Part shown: piece after piece, positions 1-13,660 of the stretch
Numbering within the stretch: position 1 is the first letter of the stretch
Layout of the letters: every line of letters begins with the position of its first letter
NCBI GenBank assembly: GCA_964016885.1
Contig: OZ024747.1
Span: forward strand, 59,954,001-60,018,000
Length of the DNA: 64,000 bases
Source of the DNA: Eledone cirrhosa
Taxonomy: Eukaryota
Reading direction: 5' to 3'
Made by a program: the position numbers and the translations under genes
The notes under the pieces: generated by a model
Seen by the model: only the letters and a program-made list of their open reading frames with translations
What the model was told of the DNA's origin: nothing
Databases searched by the model: none

Positions 1-99
1 TTTATAAACAAATAGTAAAAAGGAAAAAAATACAGAAGAAAATTTGGAAGGATTTTTTCAGTATAATATCAAAACATTATATATATATATATAGTCTTT

Positions 100-373
100 G
101 TTCAAGAAAACTTCACTGGTATGAACATGTGATGCACATGGAGGATGACGGCTGGATAAAGAAGTGCCAAGAAATCCCAGTGGAAGGAAGACACAGTAGA
201 AGAAGACTACGAAAATCATGGTTGGAGGTGGTAAGAGCTGACCTCAGATCGCTGGAGCTCACAGAGGAGATGACGATGAAGGACCAAGACGAATGGAGAG
301 ATGCTGTGCTGAAAAGGACCAGCCCACTCTTACAACCAGGGAAAAGCGGACATAAAATGATGTGATGATAATG

Positions 374-375
<2 letters not shown>
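100..375 (+). mobile_element. RTE-clade LINE 3' end fragment
   Basis: Translates to HWYEHVMHMEDDGWIKKCQEIPVEG..RRRLRKSWLEVVRADL..W (RTE C-terminus), followed by the GGAAAAGCGGACATAAAATGATG tail. Confidence 0.85.
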
Positions 376-406
<31 letters not shown>

Positions 407-407
407 C

Positions 408-824
408 ACAATGATATTAAATAAATGGAAACTATATTTATAAAACCATATTTATTTTTTGTACTTTGGGAGGGTCATGTTGCCAATAAGAAACACACGC
501 ACCAGTGCTTTCACTCCAATTTATTATCAATTAAAAAATTTAAAAAAAATTTAAAAAAAAAAATTTTTTTTTTAAATTTATAAATTTCTGGGTGGTTGGT
601 TGGTTCCACAACCAGACGGTTCATATATTGTCAAAGTTCTTTCGTTACACATTCTGTGACCTCTTCAGTGACTGGGGATTCTTTTCTTATATTTTATTTT
701 ATTATATATATTGCAAGGGTTCCAAGACAGATTGGTACGCTTTCATCAGATAAAATACAAAGTTTGTTTTATAAATAGAGACATACCCATGAAAATCATA
801 CCTTATCGGTTGGAAATTCACTGG

Positions 825-825
<1 letters not shown>
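408..825 (-). mobile_element. Penelope-like pLTR remnant(s) in a TA tract
   Basis: Shares sequence with 19207-19452; contains a hammerhead core at 630-672; flanked by (TA)n. Confidence 0.5.
630..672 (-). ncRNA. Minimal type I hammerhead ribozyme (candidate)
   Basis: Minus strand: GUCA-CUGAAGA-G-GUCACA gaaug UGUAAC-GAAA-G aa C-UU-UGAC; stem I GUCA/UGAC; NUH = CUU. Confidence 0.65.
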
Positions 826-857
<32 letters not shown>

Positions 858-1258
858 CATACATATATAGTGCTGGCTAAAAAACTATAAATATATTTCA
901 TTACATTGAAATAAAACAGTACACACTAGTAACATACTAAAATTTCACTTCTTAGTTTCATTCCAGTTAAGAAATTTGTGATAAATAGGAAAGTCAAAGT
1001 ATATTCTTATATTGAGTGTTGTTGTTGTCACTATTGATGCTGTTGCTTTCCTAGAAGAGGTGGTGGTGATGGGGGAGGTACTTAATATTCTTTATGAAAA
1101 AATAAAAAAAAAATTTTTTTTTTAAAGTCAATTTTTAATTCCCCATGTGAATTAGTTGCCATTAAAGATATGTTAAGTGTAGCATGGAGGAATAAATTTG
1201 TAATTTCTATAAAAGTTTCATTGACTTTATGAACTGAGTATAACTTTGTAAACAATAC

Positions 1259-1476
1259 TGTGTGTGTGTATATATATATGTGTGTATATATATATGTGTG
1301 TGTGAGTGTATGTATATGTGTGTGTATGTATATGTGTGTGTGTGTATATATATATGTGTGTGTGTGTATGTATATATATATATATATGTGTGTATGTATA
1401 TATATATGTGTGTATGTGTATGTATATATATATATGTATGTGTGTATGTATATATATATATGTATGTGTGTATGTA

Positions 1477-1509
<33 letters not shown>

Positions 1510-2195
1510 ATCTATAAAACAATGTTATATATATATATGTGTGTGTGGATGTATATATGTGTGTGTGTGTATTTATATATGTGTGTGTGTGTGTGTATGT
1601 ATATATATATGTGTGTGTGTGTATGTATATATGTGTGTGTGTATGTATATATATGTATGTGTGTGTGTATGTATATATATGTATGTGTGTGTATGTATAT
1701 ATATGTGTGTGTGTATGTATATATATATATATGTGTGTATGTATGTATATATATGTGTGTGTGTGTGTATATATATGTGTGTGTGAGTATATATGTGTGT
1801 GTGTGTATGTATATATGTGTGTGTGTGGATGTATATATATATGTGTGTGTGGATGTATATATATATGTGTGTGGATGTATATGTGTGTGTGTGTATATAT
1901 ATGTGTGTGTGTATATATGTGTGTATGTATGTATATATGTGTGTATGTATGTATATATGTGTGTGTGTGTATGTATATATGTGTGTGTGTGTATATATAT
2001 ATATGTGTGTGTGTGTATGTATATATGTGTGTATGTATATATATATATATGTGTGTGTATGTATATATATATGTGTGTATGTATATATATATGTGTGTGT
2101 GTGTATATACATATGTGTGTGTGTGTGTGCATGTGTATGTATATATATGTGAGAGTGTGTATATATATATATGAGTGTCTGTGTACGTGTGTGTC
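1259..2195. repeat. Compound (TG)n/(TA)n microsatellite
   Basis: Direct inspection; source of spurious CVYI/HTYI ORFs. Confidence 0.97.
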
Positions 2196-2573
2196 TTTAA
2201 AACAATGTTGTCGCCTATTGACTAAGATATTATTTAAATTTTTTCTAAATTTAACCCTTCACATACCCCCCACCCTCTCTCTCACTTCCTCTGCATTTTT
2301 TTAATCGATTTTTATAGTTTTGGAAATTCAAAAGAGAATATTGAAATAAATGAAGGTAGTCTTTCAGAAGAAGGGAAACAAATATTTCTTCTCATTATTT
2401 TCTTTTTTGTCATCATCATCATCATCATCATCGTCATTATTTATAAACGTCCAATTTTCCATGCTCACATGGGTTAGATGAGTTCTCTTCAGTTTTGTAT
2501 CTCTCCACTTGTTTCTCTTCTTTTGTCATCTCCTTTGTGACTATATTATATATATATAATATATAATATATTT

Positions 2574-2613
<40 letters not shown>

Positions 2614-3104
2614 ATATATTTTATATAATATATATAATATATTTTATATAATATGTATATATAATTTATATATATATGGGCTTATATATATATATATTCA
2701 TATGTATAAATATATACACAGACATATATGTTTATACATACATAATTTTAAATTATATTATTATTTAAAACTAAGTGTAAACTTTATCATTTCTCAGGTG
2801 ACTAAGTAGTGTTTGTCAAGTTAGATCTATTATAGAAAGCACACATCACCAGTTCAGTGATATAATTCACTGTAGTCCTTTTGATAAAAACATTTTCCAC
2901 TAATCCTGATCACATTCCGTGTTTTTGAATAACTCTGGAAAAGCAAGTGGACTGCATAATTCATTAAAGTCTTATTATACAGTTTTGTTTGTTTTTGTTG
3001 TATTTCAATTTTTATTCTCAAGTTAAAGTTAAGATATTTTAGGCTATTTTTGAATATTAATAGTAATAATTATAATGATATTTTTTCTTATTTTATGAAT
3101 AATT

Positions 3105-3532
3105 ATTTAGCAGAATTGTTAGAATGTCAGACATGCTTTGCAGCATATAGTTAAGTCCCTTTATGTTCTGAGATCAAATCTTGCCGAGGTTAGCTTTGCC
3201 ATTCATTCTCATGGCGTCGAGAAAATAAAGTACCTGTAATTCATTGGGGTTGATTCAATCAAATTGCTGGTCATGTGCCAAAAGTAGAAACAATTGTTGT
3301 TGTTGTTGTTATTTCTTCAGTAGTTTCAAGGGCTCTGGATTGACAGTAAAATTGGTAGAGCGTTGGACAACATGCTTTGTAGCAGAGAGTTATGTCTCTT
3401 TACATTCTGAGTTCAAATCCTGCTGAGGTTAGCTATGGCATTCATACTTACGAGGGTTGATAAAATAAAGTTCTAGTACTGCACTGGGTTGATTTGGTCG
3501 ACTTTGTCCTCTACCAAAATTGCTGGCCTTGT
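3105..3532 (+). mobile_element. Two degenerate copies of tRNA-derived SINE family A
   Basis: B-box-like GAGTTCAAATCC, TTTGCC..TTCAT..GATAAAATAAAGTACC core, TTGTGCC..AAGTAGAAAC end. Confidence 0.75.
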
Positions 3533-4035
3533 GGTGGTGGTGGTGGTGGTGTACTTGTGGTATCATTGGTGGGTGTAATGTCGATGGTGCTTATAGTGTC
3601 GCTGTTAGTTTTGACCATTAGAAAATGAAGTGACATTACTATATGGCTGCCTGTCTTTGAATATGAATGTCCTTCTGTATATGTTTATGTACATCTTTTC
3701 CAAACAAGTGTTGTGAGGACCCTACTGTGATGACCAGGATATGGCAACCTCCCGAGTGCTGGTGATCAACATGATAAACACTCCCTGTGCATGCTATAAA
3801 GTGGTTGGTTATAAGAAGGGCATCTAGCCTTAGAAAGTTTGCCAAACAAAGGGTTGGGAATACCTTTCAACTGTGGTGAAGACATGATAACTTCTCCTGT
3901 ACACTTGGTAGAAAGGGAGACTGTATGTAAGTGAGATGGCCTGTCTGGAGGGTCAGCAGCCCTGCTTCAGTACTCAGTTCGTCTATGTAGACCCATCCAA
4001 TCATTGCTAACAGGAAAAGCAGATGTTAAAATAAC

Positions 4036-4228
4036 AATAATTGTTTCTACTTTAGGCACAAGGCCAGCAATTACCCAGTGCATTACTGGTACTTTATTTT
4101 ATCAACCCCGTAAGGATGAAAGGCAAAGTCAAGCTTGGCGGGGTTTGAACTCAGAATGGCAAGGGCCGTAACTCTATGCATCAAAGCATGGCGTCCGACC
4201 CTCTACCGATACTGCCAATCCACCGCCC
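4036..4228 (-). mobile_element. tRNA-derived SINE family A, full length
   Basis: A box TGGCAGTATCGG, B box GAGTTCAAA; TSD GTTAAAATAACAATAA at 4025 and 4232. Confidence 0.9.
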
Positions 4229-4714
4229 TACGTTAAAATAACAATAAGGATGATGTACATGTACATATAAGGTCAAGAAGATACTTTAGTTGTGTCAAAG
4301 ACATAACAATCTCTCTAGAGCTGGTGCTATGATAAAATGCACCCTGTGCACTCTGTAATGTATAGGAATGTTTGTAAGCAAGATGCTTGCATGGTATCTT
4401 GACTGGTGTTGGCCTGTCCAAATCTTGCTAGCAGGGAGAAATAAACATTAAATGATGATGATAAAGAGATGATGATGATGATGATAATGGTAGTGACAGT
4501 GGTGGTGGTGGTGTTGGTGGTATCAGTATTTTATGTATTCATAAAATAAATATTTTACATCCATCATTCATATCTAACAGTGTTTGTGTCAGACAATAAA
4601 TGTTTTCAATTGCTAAACAGTTTTTCCCCCCATGTAGCTTCTGTGATTATTGTTGTTTTTTCTCTGTGAATACATTGTAACTCCTCATGTAGTGTACTCA
4701 CACATACTCTCATG

Positions 4715-4723
4715 TCCACACAC

Positions 4724-4759
<36 letters not shown>

Positions 4760-5385
4760 TCATGCACACACAGACACATTTATGAACACACAAGCACTTA
4801 CATGCAAATTTACAAACACACATGTACATATGTATGTACACACACACACATGCACATTTACAAACATACATGTACATATGTATGTACACACACACAAACA
4901 CACACACACACACATGCACATTTACAAACATACATGTACATATGTATGTACACACACACACACATGCACATTTACAAACAAACACGTACATATATATGTG
5001 CGCACACACACATGTACATATGTATGTGCACACACACACACACCCTCTACATATTTGAACATCTAGACTTTTGATCAATAATAAAACACTGCAAGTACAT
5101 GATGTCCCCTTCCAAGCCCACCTCGTCTACCCCCCCCCCCCTGTACAGGACCCCTCCCCCAGTAATGTATCCTTGATAACACAATAATATGCCCCCTTTC
5201 CATCTCTCCACTCCAGATGGTTGACAAAACTACAACTGGTAAAGACACCAACACAATGACAGTTCAATACACACACACACACACATATGCACATAAATAT
5301 ATGCACAAATGCACATATACATGCACACTCTCGCACACACAAACAGGAACAGATGTACATGCATACACACACACCCACACACACT

Positions 5386-5421
<36 letters not shown>

Positions 5422-5626
5422 CAGAAGCTCACATACAAACAGAAGCGCACACACACACACACACACACACTCACACATACAGGCAGAAGCTCACACACCA
5501 CACATATACACTCACATTCACACATACACTCACATACACATACACATACACTCACACGCACGCATACACTCACACGCATGCACACACTCACATGCACGCA
5601 TACTCAAACACATACAAACAGAAGTG

Positions 5627-5661
<35 letters not shown>

Positions 5662-5830
5662 ATCCACACACATCCATTCACATACATACACACATACAAA
5701 CACACACTCACACATACCAACACAAGCACACATACACACAATCTCACACTCACATACAAATACAAAAACACACAAACATATACAAGCATACATACACATA
5801 CAATCTGTCATACACTGACACACACACAAT
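4715..5830. repeat. (CA)n-rich compound micro/minisatellites
   Basis: Direct inspection; two tracts separated by about 200 bp. Confidence 0.9.
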
Positions 5831-6106
5831 GCTGTTAAACAATCATGAGGTATGAATGAGACATGGAATCAATAAATACTTCAGTTCTGACCTAGTTCTT
5901 ACAGGTGTTTGATAAACATTCATTATTGATATCTTCATAATTATTATTATTGTTATTATTACTGTACTCTGTCACTGCATTACTGAGCACTGCTCTATGC
6001 ACCTTGGGTATATGCAGTGTTATGTTTTTGATGTTGTTTCTATTGTACTGAAAATACTCTTTGTAAGACAAAAGTACTCTGAAAAGTCCATAGGCTGTCC
6101 AGGATA

Positions 6107-6385
6107 CTCTCATGGAATGACCAAATGAGGTTTAATTTTCCACATAGTCCCTGGGAAGAAACAGAGTTGTTATTAAGAAGGGTTGAAATTAATTCATGCA
6201 ATATTTCACGGCTCTAGCATCACTCCTTCATAGGCTGACCATGACACTCTCTCATGCAATGACCAAATGAGGTTTATTTTACAACATAGTCCCCGGAAAG
6301 AAACAATGCAGTTATTAAGAAGAAAAGTTGAAATTAATGCATGCAAGATTTCACAGCTCTAGCATCACTCCTTCGTAGTCAGCCT
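6107..6385. repeat. Diverged tandem duplication of about 140 bp
   Basis: AATGACCAAATGAGGTTTA...GCTCTAGCATCACTCCTTC occurs twice. Confidence 0.85.
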
Positions 6386-6639
6386 ATGAGCTTTTCAGCC
6401 CACCCTCACAAATGTATACAACATACAGAAAATAGCACATATGAGGGTATGTATCTAGGGTTAGTGGCAGGTAAAAATGCTGTATTGGGGAGACACTGGA
6501 CATTAATGAAAACTAGCCACTCCTTTTCAGAGGACTTTCAGTCCAGGGCCCATGGATAACTTCCAAAAAAGATAATAGGGCCCTGATCCCTTCAGGGAAA
6601 TGGGCTTTCTCAGTATGCATGAAAGGGGTAGGTAAAAAA

Positions 6640-6870
6640 TCCCATAAAGTGGTATTGGTGGTGCCACAAAGAGTTTCCAGCACACAATGTAATGTGGTGG
6701 GTGTTAAGAAGGGAATCCAGCCATAGAAAACCAAGTCACATACAGATCTGTATGAACATGACTTGGTCACCTGACCCAGCCAAACCCAGAACATGACTTG
6801 GTCACTTGACCCATTTAACCGCAGAACATGACTTGGTCACATGACCTCACTAACCCCAAGAACATGACAA
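6640..6870 (+). mobile_element. RTE-tail SINE-like fragment with 35-bp tandem GAACATGACTTGGTCAC.. (x3-4)
   Basis: GTTAAGAAGGGAATCCAGCCATAGAAA motif followed by a tandem expansion. Confidence 0.6.
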
Positions 6871-6924
6871 CCCATCACACCCACGCACAGCCCTAAGTTT
6901 TAAGTCTAAAAATCTAGGAAAAAT

Positions 6925-7520
6925 GCATATTATACACACATTATATACATATTTTACACATATACACATTATATACACACATTATATACATATTTTACAC
7001 ATATACACATATTATACACACATTATATACATATTTTAAACATATACACATATTATAAACGCTCAAATCCTGCTGAGGTTGACTTTGCCTTTCATCCTTA
7101 CGGGGTCGATAAAATAAAGTACCAGTACTGCACTGGGTAATTGCAGGCCTTGTGCCTAAAGTAGAAACAATTATATACATATTTTACACAAATACACATA
7201 TTATACACATATTATATACATATTTTACACATATACACATATTATATACATATTTTACACATATACACATATTATATACATATTTTAAACATATACACAT
7301 ATTATAAACACATTATATACATATTTTACACATATACACATATTATACACATATTGTATACATATTTTACACATATACACATTATACACACATTATATAC
7401 ATATTTTACACATATACACATTAGATACACATTATATACATATTTACACATATACACATTATATACACATATATTTTACGCATATTATACATATATTATA
7501 CACATCTACAAATATTATAC
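6925..7520. repeat. About 30-bp minisatellite with a nested 5'-truncated SINE A (7062-7172)
   Basis: TATATACATATTTTACACATATACACAT units interrupted by the SINE 3' half. Confidence 0.85.
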
Positions 7521-8014
7521 ACGCATTATATACATAAATATGTTGTTTATTGCTAGTTATGCTGCTCCACTTATTTTCAACACCAAGAAACATGAAAAAA
7601 TTTATATTATAATAATCAGTGAAGAATATTTCTTCATCCATCTTATAATATCAAGAAAGTTTTTCTTTGTTATTTGTTCTAGTCTCTACCCACCCCTATT
7701 TTATGCTATATTTTGTGTTATATCTTGTACTATATTACTGAGTTGATTTAAAGTCTTTCTCTTGGACTATAATTCCTTCCATTTGTCAACTCAGCTTTCA
7801 CTATGAACACTACTTGTACATAATGTTATATTCACTTTGGTGGATTTTTATCTAAACATTGTTATTGGACAGGTAATTTTCTTTTTTTGTTTTTTTCTCC
7901 ACTTCAACCACCATTTCTCCATAGATTTCCATTGTAGCTGAATTTGTACTTTTACGTAAGCTTGCAAAACAATAGCCATTAACACAGTACAGCTCTTTAT
8001 AACATATGCAAACA

Positions 8015-8620
8015 CGTACTCACACACAGATTCATGCATATATATATATATATATTCACACACACACACACAGATTCATGCATATATATATATATATATT
8101 CACACACACATATTCATGCACATATATATATATATATTCACACACACACACAGATTCATGCATATATATATTCACACACACACACACATAGATTCATGAA
8201 TATATATATATATATTCACACACACACACACACACATTCATGCATATATATATTCACACACACACAGATTCATGCATATATATATTCACACACGCACATT
8301 CACGCATATATATATATATATTCACACACACACACTCACATATTCATACACACATACACATTTACACATACATATAGATTCACATGCACATACAGATTCA
8401 TACATACACAGATTCACACATAAACATAGATTCACATACACACACACTCACACGCACACAGATTCATACACATACACACACATGTACACATACACACACA
8501 CATACACAGATTGACATGCACACTCACACACATTTACATGCACACACACACACACACACACACACCCACACACAGATTTACACACACACACACAGATTTA
8601 CATGCATACATCTAATCACT
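8015..8620. repeat. CA/TA minisatellite (CACAGATTCATGCATA-type units)
   Basis: Direct inspection. Confidence 0.9.
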
Positions 8621-8663
8621 CACTCTCAAACACTTTCTACCTAAACTTGAGCTTCCTATACCA

Positions 8664-8856
8664 AATAATTGTTTCTACTTTAGGCACAAGGCCAGCAATT
8701 ACCCAGTGCATTACTGGTACTTTATTTTATCGACCCCGTAAGGATGAAAGGCAAAGTTAACCTCGGCGAGATTTGAACTCAGAATGGCAAGGGCCGTAAC
8801 TCTATACGTCAAAGCATGGCGTCCGACCCTCTACCGATACTGCAAATCCACCGCCC
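8664..8856 (-). mobile_element. SINE family A, full length
   Basis: Near-identical to the 4036 copy; TSD CTATACCAAA. Confidence 0.9.
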
Positions 8857-9261
8857 TTGCTATACCAAAATAATAGCAGTAGCTATTATCTTGGTATTTT
8901 TCATAAAAACCTTCCATTTTCTTTACATCTTTTCTGCATCTCAATAAAATAGCATTTTGAAAATATTTTATTGGATTCTTGGAGAAATCCAAAAGATATT
9001 TATTCTGTTGTATTAGTTATATACCATTTGCAGGGAAATAAACTTCAGCTTACCTACTTGAAAATTGTTATTTTGCAAAGTTTCAGTCAAGATAATCCTA
9101 CACCTTCATTCATCATTTTAATGTTGTTCTACAGTGATGTGTATCAGTAAAATTTAGACTTGCTTGCTGTATGTTGTAAAACATGAGATAATGTAATATA
9201 TATAGATTATACATAGAAATGGGTCCCTGTCAGTTGTAGCGAGTGTTGCAGTTGTTTTTTT

Positions 9262-9682
9262 TTAACCCTTTAGCATTTACATTACTCTATATTTACTATT
9301 GTATTTTCATGGTAAAAGCTTTACCTCTTATAATTATCTCACATAATATTGAATCTGAGATTTTGATATTATTTATGTTGAGAACAGTGGATTGGCAGTA
9401 TCGGTAGAGGGTCGGACGCCATGCTTTGACACAAAGAGTTACGGCCCTTTCCATTCTGAGTTCAAATCCCGCCGAGGTTAACTTTGCCTTTCATCCTTAC
9501 GAGGTCAATAGAATAAAGTACCAGTAATACACTGGGTAATTGCTGACCTTGTGCCAAAAGTAGAAACAATTATTTATGTTGAGGACAATACCTCAACGTT
9601 AGTATGAGAAGCTGGTTACAACTTGTTTGAACAGAAAGGGGTGAGAGCATTCTGGCTGGATACGTCCGGTTTAAATGCTAAA
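9262..9682 (+). mobile_element. piggyBac-type MITE interrupted by SINE A (9385-9573)
   Basis: TTAACCCTTTAGCATTTA...TAAATGCTAA ends; SINE flanked by TTATTTATGTTGAG duplication. Confidence 0.7.
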
Positions 9683-9930
9683 TTTGTGTACAACTGGCTG
9701 ATTATTTCATGGACATATGTACCTCTCATCCAATTCTCAATGAGATTCAGCATGACACTGTGTAATAAGGTTAATTCATTGAATTAGAATTACAATACTT
9801 CAAATAGGCTAATGCAGTTGATTGGCAGAGTGTTACAAGATGCCTTGAAGAATTTATATCAACTCTTTGTATTCTGAGTTCAAATTTCATTGTGGTCTAC
9901 TTGGGTGTTAGACTTAATCTGCCCTTTCAT

Positions 9931-10146
9931 TTAACCCTTTATCATTTATATACTATATATGCTATTGTATTTTTGTGGTAAAGGCTGTACCTTACATAAT
10001 TATCTCACATAATATCGAATTTACAAGATTTTGATATTATTTATTTTGAGAACAATACCTTAACGTCAGTATTAATGGCCGGTTAGAACAGAAAGAGGTG
10101 AGAGAATTCTGTCCGGATGCAGCCAGTTTAGATGCTAACGGGTTAA
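9931..10146 (+). mobile_element. piggyBac-type MITE (TTAA-CCC...GGG-TTAA)
   Basis: TTAA flanks with CCC/GGG termini; homologous to the 9262, 22590 and 34428 copies. Confidence 0.75.
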
Positions 10147-10454
10147 CACTGCCATGTGGTCCTTGGGTGCCTTTTATGGAGTCCACTCTGTTGATAGCAT
10201 TTCAGCCAGGTCTCCAGTTTTATGAGGATATCTTTCTCTCTCCCTTGCACCAATCACAGAAGCCCTGTAAAGTGTCATGAGGTGCAGCCCTTTCTTACTT
10301 GACTAAACATTAAAACAGACAAAAGCATGCTGTAAAATGTAAATCTATTTTCATTTGTTATTGAAACCTTACATTTTTGGTTATTTTCTTTCATTTTCTG
10401 TCTCCTGTTATTTACTATAACTTTCACTAAAGTCAAGTAATATTATGTAGAGGA

Positions 10455-10633
10455 GAGCTGGATTGGCAGTATCGGTAGAGGGTCGGATGCCATGCTTTGC
10501 AGTATAGAGTTACAACCCTTCAAGGTCTGAGTTCAAATCCTGCTGAGGTTAACTTTGCCTTTCATCCTTATGGGGTCGATAAAATAAAGTACCAGTAATG
10601 CACTGGAATAATTGCTGGCCTTGTAGAAACAAT
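10455..10633 (+). mobile_element. SINE family A
   Basis: A/B boxes; TSD ATTATGTAGA. Confidence 0.88.
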
Positions 10634-10691
10634 TATGTAGAAGACAGCTGCAGGAAGAATAGGGAGGCTGTCACATAAACTCTTTCATTAG

Positions 10692-10838
10692 CATCATCAT
10701 CGATTTTACGTCTGCTTTTCTATGCTTGCATGTGTTGGATGGGTCCTTCTCAGTATGTCATCTCTCCATTTGTTGCATTCCTTTGTCATATCCTCTTCCA
10801 GCCTCAGGGATTTGAGGTCAGCTCTCACAACCTCTGGT
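10692..10838 (-). mobile_element. RTE LINE 3' end fragment
   Basis: Similar to the reverse complement of 230-360 (EVVRADL..). Confidence 0.75.
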
Positions 10839-11139
10839 CTATTTATAATTAAATACATTGTATATAACATTCATATAATTTTGAAAACAATTAAAAACAA
10901 TTTGGAGGAATTTAGTAATATAACTAACTTATTAGACATCTGTTACCATATTTTTAATGAAATAATACAACACCTACATGTTTAAAATAATTTTGAAAAT
11001 AGAAAGCAAAACAAATTGTAGTAGTTTAATAAAATGTTTTCATTAGTGAGCTGTTATGGGAAACATCATTTAACAAAACTTTCTTAAATAGAATTATGAT
11101 GGATGCTTCTAATATACTATGGGCATGAGGTTAGTATAT

Positions 11140-11440
11140 TAGAGCTGCTACTTCTCCAAATTGAGAGATCACAGTTCCAATTCTATGGGCATGTGATTAG
11201 AATGTCTCGGGGGAAAGAATCGCTGGATAGATTTTATGGGCAAAACTAACCGGCAGGAGATCCAGGAGTAGACCCCGAGCAAGATGGTTGGATAACATCC
11301 ATGAGTTTGGCTGGTCTCGCTTGGGGATCCAGCTGAATCAGTTGGAGACGGTTGCTTCAGACAGGACCCTCTGGAAAGAGTGTTTGAGGTCTCTACCCCC
11401 ATGACCCTCTCAGGAATAAGTGGGTGAAGATGAAGAAGAA
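11140..11440 (+). mobile_element. Expander-like RTE LINE 3' fragment
   Basis: LLLQIERSQ..GH..RM..RPR.RW motif; same family as 24070-24415. Confidence 0.75.
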
Positions 11441-11749
11441 GGTTCTAACATAAATATGAACGTTTTAAAATGGGCAGGTTTGTATTAACTTTCAGCTGGC
11501 TTGGTATCAAAACTGTTAAGCTGTTGTTTGGAGCACAACTTAAAGGTTCTTACATAAAATTATGATGAAAGCTTTTTAGATAAGTATAAGCATGTAAATA
11601 TATTAAAAATGAACAGCTTTATATCATATAAACAGGAATAGTTTTAGATAGTTTGGTACCAAAACTGTTGAATAGATTTTTCTATATAAACTGAGTATGT
11701 TTTCTCCTGTTTAGTTTTCTACCAAACTTGAACCTAAAACACCAGTTAC

Positions 11750-11867
11750 CTATAGCAGTAATGCACTATCAATGTATTGATATTTCATCAGATACTCATT
11801 GATCTCTTGTTTTGTTTTATTATCTATTTGATTCTTGGTTATGACTGTTTGATGAACTTTTAGCTCA
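11750..11867 (-). CDS. Candidate isolated exon (ELKVHQTVITKNQIDNKTKQEINEYLMKYQYIDSALLL*)
   Basis: Acceptor TTTATATTTTTAG, donor AG|GTAACT, open frame ending in TAG at the donor; no recognised homology. Confidence 0.3.
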
Positions 11868-12540
11868 CTAAAAATATAAACATTGAAAAATTACCAACCA
11901 ACCAATTTTTGATTACCACTACTAAATATTGCACTTCTCCTATATACATGTTTGGCAGGTGTGACACAAAAATTACAGCCATAAAAGTATATAATAATTA
12001 CAATAACAACAACAACCATAATAATATTATTCATCAGCATCATAATGATAATAAAAATAATATTAATATTCATAATGGTGAGGGTATTAACAACAACAAC
12101 AATAATAAACTAATAAGAAGAAATTGATTGCTTTCTAGGTAATAATTATCCCCTTTAATCACATTCTCAACCATTCTGTGATAAATAACATTGCTTGGTA
12201 ATTACTTTAAATTGTTTTGTTTTATTTATTTATCTGTCACTTGATTTGATTTTCTCTTTTCATTCTTTCTTTATTTTTTATTTTATTTTCTTATATTTTA
12301 AAATTATATATTAATGAATAAAATATCATTGACTGAACTTCTTGGATATCAAACACTAATTATGACAAATTTTTCCCATAAAAATATTTCTTCAACACCA
12401 AAAATTTTTATGATCATTATTATCAATATTATTTTTGTCATCATCATCATCATCATGCCTATTATTATTATCATTTGTATTATTCCCATCATGCATTTTT
12501 GTGTGTATGTATGTGTGCATTTTATTCATTAAATATATAT

Positions 12541-13012
12541 ATATATATGTATATGTACGTAGTGTATATTTAATAATATATTGTTTGTTTATTTTAAAAA
12601 CATTTTGAAGGCCTTTCACTATAAATTTAAGGTAGCGACTATAGTCACATACCTAGCTTCAGCAAAAACAAAGGGAAATAACTGACGATTGATCGTTTCT
12701 CGCTGTTTAGCGGTTATCAAAGCTATATATTGCCTATGTTTTTGCTGTGAGCTGTAGCAGCTGGATTCTTATAGAATACCAATTATGTTTATGAGCTGTT
12801 TAAACTTATTAACATACAGAGCGGTTGCTGGCCCAGCATCAATTAGAAATTTGTGTTGGAGCTCTACAATAGCGATATATATATGAATGTACTTATGAAG
12901 CTAGGTATATGACTACAGTCGCTACCTTCAATTCATAGTAAAAGGCCTCCAAATTGTTTCTAAATAAACACACAGTATATTATTAAATATACAATACATA
13001 CATTCATATATA
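12541..13012. mobile_element. MITE/foldback with about 120-bp imperfect TIRs
   Basis: AAGGTAGCGACTATAGTCACATACCTAGCTTCA (left) vs TGAAGCTAGGTATATGACTACAGTCGCTACCTT (right); TA-rich flanks. Confidence 0.8.
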
Positions 13013-13149
13013 CATCGCTTGTGTCTATGTATCTTAAAAATGAAGAAATTTATTGTTTGTACTGGTTGATAAATATTTAGATTTTTGTAATGTCAAGTTA
13101 GATATACTTTTTTGTGAGGTGTTCTTGTTGTTGGTGTTGTCATTATTGT

Positions 13150-13660
13150 AGGATTAGCAGTATCAGTAGAGTGTCACACACTTTGCAGCATAGAGTTACA
13201 GCCTTTTACGTTCTGAGTTCAAATCCCTCCAAGGTTAGCTTTGCCCTTCATCCTTACAGGGTCGATAAAATAAGATACCAGTAATGCACTGGGGGGGGGG
13301 GGTTTGATCGACTTTCCCTTCTCCCACAATTGTTGGCCTTGTGCCTGAATCAGAAATCATTATTGTTGTTCATGTTGCCATTGATGTTGTCATTGTTGTT
13401 GATGTTGTTGTTTTCATTATTGTTGTCACTGGAAGGGTAGTGGATTGGCAGAATTGGTAGAGCGTCAGACACTATGCTTCACAACATAGTTGTGTCCCTT
13501 TATGTTCTGAGTTCAACTCCCACTGAGGTTAACTTTGCCTTTCATCCTTATAGGCTCGATAAAATAGAGCACCAGTAATGCACTGGGGTTGGTTTAATTG
13601 ACTTTCCCCTTCCCCCAAATTGCTGGCCTCGCCTTGTGCCTATAGTAGAAACTGTTATTA
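13150..13660 (+). mobile_element. Two SINE family A copies (13150-13362, 13433-13660)
   Basis: A/B boxes and core; long-tail subfamily. Confidence 0.85.
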
